Source of the DNA: Podarcis muralis
Taxonomy: Eukaryota
DNA: 64,000 nt
Direction of reading: 5' to 3'
Assembly: GCF_964188315.1 (NCBI RefSeq)
Contig: NC_135673.1
Location: 8,556,001 to 8,620,000, forward strand
Part shown: in pieces, positions 21,731 to 34,403 of the stretch
Layout of the letters: each line of letters opens with the position of its first letter
How positions within the stretch are numbered: position 1 is the first letter of the stretch
Translations under genes and position numbers: made by a program
Notes under the pieces: model-generated
What the model saw: the letters and a program-made list of their open reading frames with translations, nothing else
The model's database searches: none
Told to the model about the DNA's origin: nothing

Positions 21731-23693
21731 CTTAGAATATTTTTTTCTTGCTTTCCTCCTCTAAAAACTACGTGCGTGTTATGGTCAGGTGCGTGTTATA
21801 GAGCGAAAAATACGGTAATTCATATTTCTCCAAACAACACAAACTGGAACACAAGAAAAGCCCTGTAGGATCAGGCCAAAGGCCCACCTAGTCCAGCATC
21901 CTCTTCTCACACTGGCTCCTCCCCACTCACCCACACTTTGTAGCCTAAAGTGGTATAGAAGATACAGATTGCGGCTCTCAATCTCTCTTGGCTGGAAGGG
22001 CAGGGATCCTCTGAGTGGGTCCTTAAATGGCAAGGAGAGCTGCTATCTTGTACTTAATTGTGGCAATTAATCTGTAATTAATCTATGTCAACAAGATGCC
22101 TCTGACCATTTCAGTTTTTCCTTTACAACCTGATTGGAAGCAACCATTGTAAACCTACAAGCATCCGGCAAAGTTCTGCAGCACTTGTTTATCTGCCTGT
22201 GTCAAAGCTTTTTGCTGTTCTGTAATGTGGATAAGCTGTGCTGACTTTGTACCCTTCTACAGATTTTTCTTATTATTGTCTGAAGGCTGAACATAGAATT
22301 AAAATCCATGGCTTCCTTAACAGGAGAGACATCTCAGCTTCAAGAGACTTGGCCTGCAAATCCTCACCTTCTTTTCTACTGGATCTTTTTCAGGGCCTCC
22401 TGTCGCCTCTTTCTGGGCACTCTTAAATCCTCTGTGAACGGCTGCATATGAAATCAGTAGTGTTATTTTTAGCTCCCTCTCCTCTGGCTCCCAGTGCTTT
22501 AACAGCACACAAATCAGAGTGGGAGGCCCTTTTCAGCCTGAGAGCCACATTCCCTTCTGGGCAAACCAACTGGGGTCCACATGTCAGTGGTGGATAGGGC
22601 CAGAGGGAAAAATGGATGGAACAATGAATGTAAATTTTATCTTTGTGCCTTACTGTAGTTTATACACACATTCACACAGAACTTTATATCCTCCCTCCAG
22701 ATAAGCAAGAGGCAATACTGAGTCAGATGGACCAATTGTCTGACTTGCTATATGGCAGCTAAGTGAAATCTCATACAGCTCCAGCCAGCTTTGCAATGTC
22801 TCTCCATGCCTTTGAAAGCCTCATTTGGCTTGTTTTTCATTAATCACAGCTTGGCCCCAACACACTCTGGTTGGTCTTAGGGGTGCCACCTTGGGGGTGG
22901 GTGCTGAGATCTTTGGGCCCCTGAATAATATTTCAGGGAGGGGAGGCTGAGCGTTGAGATGTGGCTTCCATGGCCAGCTTCTTCTCCTCCTGCTGCAGCG
23001 GAAAGAGGCCCTGGCTCTTCCCAATGTCACACTGAGCATTGTGCACATGACATTGCGCACGGCACATGTAATGCTCGGGACACTCAGCACATAGGACATC
23101 ACACACACTATGTTCTGCACGACGCCAGAAGGAGCCAGGGCCTCTTTCAGCAGCAGGAAAAGCCAGTGCTCGGGCTGCTCAGCGCTCATCACTTGGGATG
23201 CTCAACATGCACCGCTGAGGGTGCATGCGAGTGACTTCGCACACACAAGCAACACAAGTGCCATGTGTCGCACACGCAACACCAGCTGCCCCAATCTGCT
23301 TCATAAGTTGGAGTGTATGGTTGGTCTTCACCATGACCAGTTTGAAAGTAACCATATTCAAACCATGGATTGTGAAGCTGGCTTGTTTCAACAGGCAATA
23401 GTTAAGATTAACCAGAGTTTATTGCTTGAATGCAGTGTTTGGGGTTAGGAGAGGTGTAGTACCTCTGGTGAAGGCCATCATGCTCCTTCTGGGGTTGTTT
23501 GCTCACCTTTTGTCCCCAACCCTGCACTCATCTCTCACCTATGGTGGCCACACCTCAGGAAACGGCTTTGACTGAGCAGCTAAAACAGGTGAGGGTAGCC
23601 TATGGTTCTCAAACCCTTGGTGAGTTAGGGACTTCCCCTGCATGCAAAGACAAGCTCTGGTGGACTTAGTGGATGAGACAAATAATGGGTCTA

Positions 23694-23940
23694 CAGGGGT
23701 CAGCAAACTTTTTCAGCAGGGGGCTGGTCCACTGTCCCTCAGACCTTGTGGGGGGCTGGACTATATTTTGGAAAAATAAATGAAAAAATTCCTATTCCCC
23801 ACAAATAACCCAGAGATGCATTTTAAATAAAAGGACACATTCTATTAATGTAAAAACATGCTGATTCCTGGACCGCCCGCAGGCCGGACTGAGGTGATAG
23901 GACCGGATCTGGCCCCCGGGCCTTAGTTTGCCTACCCATG
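23694..23940 (+). mobile_element. hAT (Charlie/Chap-like) MITE
   Basis: CAGGGGTCAGCAAAC...GTTTGCCTACCCATG; partial TSD GTCTA; reverse copy at 51706-51961. Confidence 0.82.
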
Positions 23941-24021
23941 GTCTAGGTGGTAGTTTCTGCATATGCTGTAGAGGGAAGTGAGCGGCAGATGGGACTTATC
24001 AACCTGGGAAGGTAGCCCGTA

Positions 24022-24248
24022 CAGTGGTACCTTGGTTTAAGGATTTAATTCGTTCTGGAGGTCTGTTCTTAACCTGAAACTATTCTTAACCTGAGGTACC
24101 TCTTTAGCTAATGGGGCCTCCCACTGCTGCTGCGCCGTTATCATGCAGTTTCTGTTCTCATCCTGAAGCAAAAGTTCTTAACCCGAGCTACTATTTCTGG
24201 GTTAGCGGAGTCTGGAACCTGAAGCGTCTGTAACCCGAGTTACCACTG
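24022..24248 (+). mobile_element. Tigger-like MITE, family B
   Basis: TA-flanked CAGTGGTACC...TACCACTG; body matches 12573-12814. Confidence 0.88.
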
Positions 24249-25352
24249 TATAGAAATAAAACTCTGATCCTAAACCTCCAATGCCTTGCAGGAGAAAACT
24301 TATGGGAGTAAACTGTGAGAAAAATATATACCCATTGCCTTGTGGGGCATATTTAGGAGAAGAAAAGACTAAGGAATAAATCCTACACAAATCCAGAGTG
24401 GAGACCCTAAGACAGTTGGGTGGTGCCTTGTAGGCCTCCTTCCGGCAACTCCTGAAGCCAAGCTGGTTCCAAACGTATTGCTCTGCTTTCCTCTGGACCA
24501 CATCAGCGACACCAAGTGGGGGGTCTTGTCGTCTGGGCAGCCCAAGCCCTCCAAACTCACTGCCCAGGCTTGGGCTTCAGAAGGTTCACTTTGGCGCTGC
24601 CAATGCAGCAAAAACAACACAAGAGGCAACAGTTATAAGTTACTAGTCTCTGTAGCCACAGCAGGCGCTGCAATTCCCCAGTGGTTTGACTTCACCCCGA
24701 GGCACACTTGAGACAGACAGATGCCAACATTTGTTTGAACATGGCTCATGGGTCACTATGTCTTTTCATCAAGCTACTGGAACAGGCCACAAGCATTTCA
24801 GTATTTCTGCTTTAATGTTTTACTAGATTCTTATTGTATTTTGGTGCGATATACTGATTTTTTGCTTGAGATTTTTTGCTTGTAACTTGTGTGAACCACT
24901 TAAGAGATTATATTACAATAAGCAGTACAGAAGTTATTAAAATGAATCAGTGATCAAGGTTGTAAGTATTTAAAAAATCCAAAGTGATTATTAAGAAATT
25001 ACTTTGAGCCACCACCCACAAAAGACAGCAGGTGGTGTTGCATTATTTTTTACAGTGTAAGGTCAAACTGGGACATGCTTTTATTACCAGCTAATGACTC
25101 CATACTCCCATCAATGGCTTTGAACACACCGTCCAATTAGCAATCTCAACTCCATATATAGATGAACAAATATAGGCCCATGAAAGATTTGGAGCCATAA
25201 TAGAAAGTTGACTCTGGCAACGGAATAGGGAAGTCACTAAGGAACAGGACAAACCATTAAATGCCATTCATAAAATCTCGTGTGGCACCATGAGATCTCT
25301 TTCTGTCTCATACAAACACAGAAAGAGAGAGAGAGAGAGATATGAATGGGAC

Positions 25353-26133
25353 TGTCAGGGGCTCAGGGGCTGAGCCACAGGGGAGAGAGGAAATGGAGAG
25401 CGAGGGGGAGGAATCTGAAGGTAGCGGAGAACAGAATGACAGTGAATCGAGAGATTCCATAAGCCTCTCCAGTGAATCAGAAGACTCCCAGAAGGGGGCG
25501 CCGACGGCCAGGGAGAAGGGGGTCCCAGAGGGGACACACCAGAAGCAAGGGGCCAGCGGAGACTCCCAAAGTAGTAGCTGGAGATCAGGACCAGTTTCCC
25601 CACCGGAGCGTAGTGGGGGGGAAGAGGAGTCAGGTCTGGCCACGCCCCCGTCGGAGAGTGAGGGAATGGAGGGGAAGTCAGAGCCAGGCAGCACCCCTGG
25701 GGAGGAGAGTAGCGACAGAAGCTGTGTAGCAGTGAGGAGGAAGGTGTCGGGCTGCGCGCGCGCACCAAGTTCAAATGTACAGGCGCGCGGGACTGCTGAC
25801 AGCCCGGAGTGGGAACCAGGTCCTAAAGCCCGTCGGAGGCTGGGGGAGGACTCGGGAGACTCAGCTTCTGAAGAGTCTAGGAAAGGCGAGTCCTCGACGG
25901 GCAAGAGGACCCAGTGGAGGAAAGAACAAAGGAAGAGGTGGAGCAAGGCTAGGGTCTTAAACTGGTGCCTGGGGGGAGGAGACTCAGACGGAGCTTCGGC
26001 GGTCTAGGGTTCGAGACGTAGAGCTGCACGCTGGGAATGTAAGAATGAAACAGAACTTAAATAAAGACTATTTCATAGAACAACGACCTGGCGTTGGTCC
26101 TTTGTGAGCTGGGACCTAGGGCAGCCTCTGACA
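25353..26133 (+). mobile_element. Solo LTR (781 bp)
   Basis: TGTCAG...CTGACA termini, perfect 5-bp TSD GGGAC (25348-25352 / 26134-26138), AATAAA at 26060. Confidence 0.9.
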
Positions 26134-28865
26134 GGGACATTCCATGCACAGTTCTGGTCAACTGCTTTGTCAAACTTCACAGCAGCAGCAGCAGAAGCCC
26201 TTTTTCCGCAGCTGCCACTCCTACTATGTATTTTGCTTACACAATCCACAGATGGGGCAAAGGTCAGCCTTTTAGATGCCATTAAAAGGGGATTAGACAA
26301 TTTTCTGGAAAATAATGGCTACTGGTGATGGCTGTATACCAAGTGCTCGGAACACACATCAGGCCTAGCCAGCAGAGCCAAGGATGCTGGTTGTAGTTCA
26401 GCAGCAACTCAATGAGGATGAGGCAGAATGCTTCTGAATATTAGTCACTAGGTAACAACAGTGACAGCCCCCTCCAGGAAGCTTGTTTGCTGGTGGGAGC
26501 TGGTGACGGACAGAACAAGATGTTAGACACACCTTCAGTCTGATGCAAGGCTCTCCTGTGTTCTAACATGCATGGGATGTTACAATGACACAGAACATTT
26601 TGTGCACTGGCATCTGCCCAAATGCAAAATATAAAGATATAAGAGCCTACGATGTTATTTATGCAACTCCTGTCTGACTCTTCAGCTGACACCAGATGGC
26701 TCAGCAAAACAGAAACTGTTTCACCGCACACTGACTTGGGTGAAGGCAGTAGTGATAACTCTCGGTTGCTTCTGCAAAACCTCTGCAGAGCTTCTCCTCC
26801 CACCCCACCCAAGAAGACTTCTGGCACGATGAAATGACTCAAGACCAAATACTAAGTCTATACTCATATGCAGTCATCTGCTTGGTGCTAGGATAGAGAG
26901 TAGGCCTTATTTGGTTCATCTTTTTGTTTCTTTTTGCAACAGGCAAAAGCAGCACTTTAGCAACACAGGAAGCTTCCTTACACCAACTCTGATCATTGCT
27001 GCATCTAGCTTAGTAGCTAGATGACTGGCAGCAGCTCTCCAGGGTCTAAGACAGGGACAGCTTCCCAGACCTACCTGTAAATGCCAGGGATTGAACAGGA
27101 GACTTCTTGCATGCAAAGCAGATGCATTGTCAATTAGGGCTGGGCAGTGGTTTCACCAGCGATAAACCACTGAGTGAAACCACTGACATCACGGTCTACT
27201 CCTGATGCTGGTCCTGGGCAATATATTGATATATCGTCCAGACCTTCTGTCAATGAATTATGACCCTTTGGCTGCAGGTTTCCCTTCCCCTACAATTCAG
27301 AGAGCTCAGGTGAGGTGCAGCAGTTGCCATAGGGAACCTGTGGCTCTTCAAATATTGTGAGACTTCAATCTGAATATGTCAGTCAGCACAGCCATTGATC
27401 AAGGATGAGAACTGCAGGTTCCACCACTGCCAGCACGAGAGCTCTAAGTTTAAAGGCATTCTTTAAATTATGTTTGAGATGTCACAGTTCTCCTTCCCCA
27501 ACTCACAAAGGGTCTGAAAGTCTAATTGTTTTACTCAAATGTGGCTAAGCCACGTTTTAATATGATAATTAAGTTTTCATCCATGAGATAAAATCAGCTC
27601 TTCTATGCACCCCATGGAAATCACCTGAGGATGAGCTCCTTCTTAAGCTACCCCACCTCACTGGCCTCAATGTGCAACCTCCTTGACTGCTTTTGCTGCG
27701 CAGGAATGTGTCCCTGAACTGTGACGATGCCTCCTGCTTGCCAGATGAATTATGGATATTTTGCACACCTTGGATTGTGCATGGACCAGATACGAGTAGA
27801 GCAATTGATGTGGCTTAGCAGATACGTAAGACAAGAGTCACATCACCCACCTTACTCACATCTGGTTCTTGCGCCAGCCTGCAGACCTGGGAAGGTGACT
27901 TACAAGAGAATACCACCACTGGAATGACAAAAGCACCCACCCACTCATTCAGTTAACCATGATCCTATGCCAGATGTGTGAGGGGCGGGGAGAAGATGAG
28001 AGAGGAGTAATCATTTTAGTGTAAAGGCACCTATCCTTTGGAATTCCTTCCCATTGCAAATCAGAGATCCATCACCTTTATTCTTATTGGCACCTATGTG
28101 TTTCTTGTCCAACAAGACTTTTGCACAAAGCTCTTTATCCCAGTATGTATCTCCATGGAAACTGAAAATGCTTCTACATATGGAATTGCTCGTTAGTGTA
28201 TACAGAATTGGTTTTTTACTGTGGCATTGCTTTAAAACATTTTATGGGAAGCAATTCATAAATTGAATGAAATGAACACATTTTAATCCAATCACAGATT
28301 AAGTAAGACTTTTACTTTTCTTCAAACATTTGTAAGGGCAGGATTCTAGTTCAAGTTAAACAGGAAGATATACAGAGTATAGCTGTTCAAACAGAATCTA
28401 CTTCAAGAAAACACACCATCACAAGTCATTGGACTAGCCTGTACGGTAAGACTCACAACTCTTTATGAACAAAACTTCCTCCCTCTGCTGGTGTGAGCTT
28501 GTCATTGGCCATAGCACCAGGCTCACACATTTCCAGTTTTAAGAGGTATACAGAAGATAGCATAGGAGATCTCATCCTTCCTAACTTTAAAATACTTCAT
28601 GGGGACAGAATGCACAATACTTATCACAAGTCTTACAATATTACCCTTCCATCATAATGCACTTTTGAGACATGTAACTAGTATATATGTATCTTTGGAT
28701 GAGCTCCAAAAATGCTACAAAAGGTTCTCAGGAGTTTTAGAAAGAAGAGGCAAAAAGATTATCTACAACTCTCTGAAATAAGTTAAGATCTGTTACAAAA
28801 GGAGGGGCACAGCTAGAGTCGGTATTGCTTAATACTTCCTGAATGCCAAAACACTCCCCTCCCCC

Positions 28866-29039
28866 CTATCCATTGATGCGATAGTTCAAGTGGATTTCTG
28901 GCTTGATGTCACAAACTAAGTTGAGCAGGCTAGTCAGCACCTCCTCCCTGTTCTTCTGGAAGTTGTTCTGGAGAATGGTCATCTTCTCCTGAGTCTCCTT
29001 TTCCACCTCAGTGGTGGAACTGCCATGGGAACCAAGAGC
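28866..29039 (-). CDS. ATP6V1G1: V-type proton ATPase subunit G1, coding exon 3 (stop)
   Basis: 174 nt, ALGSHGSSTTEVEKETQEKMTILQNNFQKNREEVLTSLLNLVCDIKPEIHLNYRING-TAG, with CAG acceptor at 29040-29042. Total 82+101+174=357 nt, i.e. 118 aa plus stop. Confidence 0.97.
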   Translation of the reverse strand, partial: ALGSHGSSTTEVEKETQEKMTILQNNFQKNREEVLTSLLNLVCDIKPEIHLNYRING

Positions 29040-29469
29040 CTGAGGCAACAAGGGGGGAGGAAAGTTTATTCAACAAGCAGTAATGCTGAAAAGTACATTT
29101 CATACCAGAAGGAATTTCATGTCTTTTCTAGGATTCTTCAGTGCCTCAATCCAGAACAATTCTATGCATATCTACTTAAGCCCCACTGATCTCAGTAGCT
29201 TTGCGTATGTGGCCCTCCAGGCAAGGGTGGGGGCTTTCAGTCCTCCAGATGCTGCTGAATTGCAACTCCTTTCAACCACAGCAAGCATGGCTAGGGGGCC
29301 AAAGTTCAGAAAATCCCAGGTTCAGTCCCTGAATTCCCAAGTTAGGTATGGCAAAGACTCCCTGTCTGAAACCCTAAGGAGGCAATGCCAGTCAGTATAG
29401 ACAAGTCTGGGCTAGAGGGACTAGTGGTCAGGTTTCAAAGGCCACCTGAAACATGCCCTTCCTGTAATA

Positions 29470-29701
29470 CCGTGGTACCTCCGGTTGCAGACAGGATCTG
29501 TTCCAGAGGTCCGGCCGGATCCCGAGGTTTTCGCAACAGGAGAGACCGCTTCTGTGCATGCATGCACGGCAGCAGAGCACTTCTATGCGTGTGTGCGTGG
29601 CAAAACCCCCGAAATATACTTCTGGGTTTGCTGCTTAGGTGACTTACAAAGTTTCCCGAAGTTTACGTAACCAGAGGGATACGTAAGTGGATGTACAACT
29701 G
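29470..29701. mobile_element. Tigger-like MITE, other subfamily
   Basis: TA|CCGTGGTACCTCCGGTT...; right end degenerate ...TACAACTG|TA. Confidence 0.65.
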
Positions 29702-30103
29702 TATAATGAAAGGAGAGGTGCTACCCAAAATCCAAAAAAACCAACAAAAAAACCAAAACAAAAACAAAAACATAAGTTATAATTTTAAACATGTTGGTAC
29801 AAATGACTGGAAAATCCACATTCTTAGCAAGTACTGTACTGAACTTCAACTGCTATTGACAGCATTTAAAAAATAATGTTGCAAAAGGATGGTGAGAGAA
29901 AGTGACCAAGCACAGGTCCTTTTTACTATTAATCAGTTGCAAAGAGGGGCTCCCGACTAGTACACATTCTCAACCTTGCAGCAAACACAATTCTCCTTTT
30001 CTGTGAAACTATTAAGTTACAAGGAACATGCCCTCATTTACATCTAGAAGCCCTAACTTTAAAAAAAATGAAAAATGAAAAAGGTGGATAAATACTTGAT
30101 GTA

Positions 30104-30423
30104 CAGTGGTGCCTCGCAAGAAGAAAAGAATCCGTTCCGCGAGTCTCTTCGTCTTGCGGTTTTTTCGTCTTGCGAAGCAAGCCCATTAGCGGCTTAGCGC
30201 TATTAGCGGCTTAGCGGGCTTAGCGGATCAGCTGTTAAGCGGCTTAGCGGCTTGGGAAAGGGGGGGGGGGAGGAAAAAAACCCTGCAGGAACTCGCAAGA
30301 CATTTTCGTCTTGCGAAGCAAGCCCATAGGAAATTCGTTTTGCGAAGCACCTCCAAAACGGAAAACCCTTTCGTCTAGCGGGTTTTCCGTCTTGCGAGGC
30401 ATTCGTCTTGCGGGGCACCACTG
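30104..30423. mobile_element. Tigger/pogo-like MITE, family A (ATP6V1G1 intron 2)
   Basis: TA-flanked, same TIRs and internal TTAGCGG repeats as 706-1035. Confidence 0.9.
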
Positions 30424-31028
30424 TATATGCGTGTGAGTGCATGCCAGTTTAGCTTTTTAGGCTGGAGTTGAATGGGGGTCTGAAGAAGAGTGTATCATAG
30501 AACTGGGAGGAAAGGCAGCCAGAAAGATCAGAGGGTTAGAATAACTTTTTACACTTAGGGGATGAATTGACAGGGGGAAGAGGCAGAAAATGTAAGTTGA
30601 ATAACACATGGTGTGAAGGAAAGTGGCTTCCCTGCAAAATTCCATTCACCCCCAAAAACATTATGGGCAGAAAATTGGGCAGGATGGAGAAGAGATTCAA
30701 ATTCCACTGCTTTAAGATATAACAATGGCCATTGTCTTTAGAAAGAAGTTACGACATATCCACCGAGTGAAGAGCGGTCTATATTGTAGGGATGATGACC
30801 CTGTGCCCTTCAGATGTTGCTGGATTACAACTCATCATCAGCTACAGAGTGAAGTCCTAACAACATCTGCAGGGCCACAGGGTCTTAATCTCTGCACCAA
30901 TAACTGCTGTTAAGTCAGTTATATCCCAGACTTCCAAGAATCACCACAGGGGCAGGTAGCAAATCTGGGCAGAGAAGAAAAGAGAGGAGTGAAAAGAAAA
31001 TCTTAGCTAGCATGGAAATATAACCAAC

Positions 31029-31129
31029 CGCTGCTTCCTTGGCTTTGAAATCCTTCTCCCTCTGCAGGCGATATTGCTCAATTTCAGCTTGAGCTTCTTC
31101 TTTCGCTTGTTTCAACCTCCGGTTCTTTC
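31029..31129 (-). CDS. ATP6V1G1: V-type proton ATPase subunit G1, coding exon 2
   Basis: 101 nt encoding (R)KNRRLKQAKEEAQAEIEQYRLQREKDFKAKEAA. AG acceptor at 31131-31130 after a pyrimidine tract, GT donor at 31028-31027. Phase matches exon 1. Confidence 0.97.
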
Positions 31130-31284
31130 CTTTTTATGGGGGGGAAGGGGGAGAAAAAAAGAGAGGCAGGAGTGCTCAGATATCAGAGCAGTTAAGAACT
31201 GTAAACTGATTCAGCTAAGTTGCTCTACTGTTTTCAGATTTTAGCAGGGGGTGCAACCACCTATTAAAGAAGTCAAGGGCTATT

Positions 31285-31510
31285 TATTATTTACTTATTG
31301 CACCTCTAACCCACCTTTCCTCCAGAAAGCTCAAGGTGGCCTGCATGGTTGTCCTCCTCCTCATTTTATGCTTGCAACCACCCTGCAAGGTGGGTTAGGC
31401 TGGGAGGCAATGACAGGCCTGTGACAAGTCTGTCCAGTGGGTGATTGGGGTTTGAACTCTGGTCCCCCAGATCCAGCACACTCTAATCACCACACCATAC
31501 TAGTTCTCAG
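31285..31510 (-). mobile_element. MIR/CORE-like SINE
   Basis: Reversed tRNA-like head (GGGTTTGAACTCTGGTCC...CACCACACCATACT); a related plus-strand head lies at about 46884-46970. Confidence 0.6.
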
Positions 31511-31784
31511 CCATGACGTAGTTACAGGCAAGAGCAAAATACTTATTTGAATGCTGTTGAGCTGTGACGTCAATTCACAGACACATTTATAGCCCCAAAA
31601 GGTCGATTCACCCTAACATAACATGTGTGTATGTCTCTTGCTACAGTTATGTACACTGTGTGTGCAATCTTTAGAATGCCACAGGTAGCCTTGATAACCT
31701 AAAGCATGCATTCATGGGTAAAGAATATAGGGCAGTCAAATTACAGGGCAGTGATGATATTCACTGTGTACAAACCAGGAAGAT

Positions 31785-32090
31785 AACTTCAGTATGGTCT
31801 ACATAGGATTACCTTTGAAGACAGTTTGGAAACTGCAACTGGTCAAGAATGCAGCTGCTAGGATGTTAACGAGAGATGGTACCTTGGAACACACAACACT
31901 GATATACCATCTACACAGGTTACCATTTTTGTTTCCATATTCAATCAATCCAAAGTGCTGGTTTTGAGCTTGTGTGATCCAGAAAATAATTTTCAGTAGT
32001 GGTGTCCCACCTCTGGAGCTCTCTGCCTAGGAAAGCTTGTTTGGCAGTCCCATCTCTTGTATTTTGGGCACCATGCAAAGACTTTTTTTC
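31785..32090 (+). mobile_element. Old L2 remnant
   Basis: GGATTACCTTTGAAG...AAACTGCAACTGGTCAAGAATGCAGCTGCTAGG encodes GLPLK...KLQLVKNAAAR; degraded. Confidence 0.65.
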
Positions 32091-34403
32091 AATTCATTCA
32101 AGCTTTTCACAAAGCTTAGTTTACCAAAAAGCATTAAACTGTGTTACAGACTCACAGAATTGTAGAGTTGGAAGGGACCCCAAGGGACATCTAGTCCAAC
32201 CCCCTGAAATGCACAAAAGGAGGAGGAAAGGGAATTCTATGCAGACTGCCAAACAAGTAGGGTGCTGGATGTGAGTTTCCTAAGGAAAGGTCTTGGGCTT
32301 CACACCTCAGCCCCCCTCTACCTCTGCAGCTTTGGGGCAGCCAGGGTTGACTGCTGGGTTCCCCCACTCTGGATGTAACCAGCCCCAGACACCAGTGTGT
32401 GTGTTTTTTGGGGAGGGTGGCAGAAGGGGAGATCTGCACTTCACACACCCTGGGTCTAGAAAGATCCACCGTGAAGTTGTCTTGTACAGTTGTTAATTTC
32501 TCCTCCCTCATAAGCCCTAGAACATATTTAGGGGGCATGCAGGGAGGGGAATTTCCAATGCACAGCCAAAGGTGCTTGTGCTAGCAGAACTGTTTAGCTG
32601 TGTAACATTTCCTCACACTTTTGTACACTTGGTTTGCTGCATTGAATATTTTGTCCCCTCCTAGAAGGGCACGATACAGATACACAAAATATATAGCTGA
32701 ACTTGCAATACATGTCAAGAAACTTGGAACATGACACTTGTGGGCCAGCCCCATGATGTGTGAACCCAACTAAGTTTTTGAACATTTGGGGCTGACTGGA
32801 AGCGACATCTTTAATCAAGGCTTGGGATTTGTCACAGTTTCCAACATACAGATTAACCAGACACTTGCTTGTTACACTGTCTTTCAGGCACATGACATGC
32901 TTCCGCTGGTCTGACGAGCCAGCAAGTTCCTTCCTCCAAGCAGTCATGTTGGGAAAGATTCCAGATATTTACACACACAAAAATAATATATAAAAAAGTG
33001 GATTAATTCAAATAAAGTAATTTTAGTTGAGCAGAAGGCTCCCGATCCCCAATAGACAAGACACTACAGCGTATTACGTTTCTAGTCCAAGTCCCTAAGT
33101 GCATGCCAAGCTTTTGTTCAATCATTGCAGGATTACACAGCACATGACTTTGCAGACCATCTGCCCACCACAAACAACTGGCTATCTGCAGGCTAAAATT
33201 TGTTTGCACTGAGTAAGCTAGCTTATGCAAAAGATTGCCCAATGCATCCAAAAGTGGAAGCTGTGTTTGGAGCCAAGAGCAAGCCCCAGCCCAAACTTGA
33301 TAGTCTTTTCTTCCTGACTGTATTGTTGCTTCACTCCTGTGCTACTATTCTACTAAGATTAGCCAAATGTTCTGCAGGGACCCTAAAAAAGCATACAAGT
33401 CCCCCTGTAGCACACCAGTTCTACCTGCAGTGTTTGGGCTCCTTCAGTAAACAGGTCCTCAACTCTGCCCTCCTGGACTTTGCTGTAAAATAGGGTTGCC
33501 ATACATCCAGAATTTCATGAACATATCCAAAACAATGCAGCCAGAAGCAGTGTCCAGGCAGAAATTGCTAAAAATGTCCAGGAAAATTCAGACATATGGC
33601 ATCTGATGTCAACCTTTTGGGGCTATTTTCATATTTTAGTAGGGGGCGCAACCACCTATTAAAGATGTCAAGGGCTATTACTATTTACTTATTGTACCTC
33701 TAACCCACCTTTTGTCCAGAGAGCTCAAGGTGGCCTCCTCCTCATTTGCCCAAACAACTGAATGGATTTTCACTGTTTGAAATATGGCAATCCTATGTAA
33801 GAGACCACAGCCAGGCATCTCCAAAATGCACACCACCACACCTCTTCTACTGAAGACCTTTTTAAATGTTGTACTTGTAGCCCATTTTCTCTCTTATAAA
33901 CACACACTCTTCATTAACCCCAATCCATCCTTTTCCTTCCCCACAGGACCCACCACAACCTACCTAACACATCAGCTCTTTTTTCAAACACAGATGTCTA
34001 AATAAGGATGAAATTATGTAGCAAAGAGATAACCCTTAAAAAAAATCCCTTCCTTTTTAACATGGAAGGAAACTATTTAGGGGGAACCAACAAAACCAGA
34101 AAACAAAAACACTTCCCCCCTATTTTCACTGGTAGGGGTGAGTGGGATAGAAGAAAAGTGAAGAGGAAAAAGGCACATAAGGAAGCATAGGGCTGGAGGG
34201 GCCAAATGTGTAAGAAAGCAAAGGGGCGACGGAAGCATTGGGGAGACTTCGTGGGTAAGGAGGAAATGGGGGACATAATGAGGCAGGGGAAACACAGACA
34301 TGAGAGAGCCACAGAAACATGGACACAGAGAAGGGGAGAAGGAAAGTTTTATTTCTTTTTAACTCCCAAGTAAATAACACTAGTCTACACATACTAAGCT
34401 GTG

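Larger units (their letters stand above)
20252..21815. mobile_element. Non-autonomous Tc1/mariner (Tc2-like) element with internal tandem repeats
   Basis: TA|CCGTAATTTTCGCTCCAAAACACGCAC...GTGCGTGTTATAGAGCGAAAAATACGG|TA inverted termini; no transposase ORF. Confidence 0.85.
23430..24720 (+). mobile_element. Probable RTE-type LINE 5' region, interrupted by two MITEs
   Basis: Recalled RTE 5' motifs (GGGAAGGTAGCCC...AAAACTCTGATCCTAAACCTCC; CTCTGGACCACATCAGCG) become continuous once the 23694 and 24022 inserts are removed. Boundaries approximate. Confidence 0.45.

Noticed and set aside
28077-28287. ATP6V1G1 polyA signal candidates (AATAAA 28077-28082, ATTAAA 28282-28287, minus strand)
   Set aside because: Cannot choose between them without 3'-end data; the first lies in an L2-like remnant.
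30915-31028. ORF-track extension VGYISMLAKIFF... and 37685-37794 SEWAGRG...
   Set aside because: Intronic read-through past GT donors; the spliced frame gives the canonical 118-aa protein.
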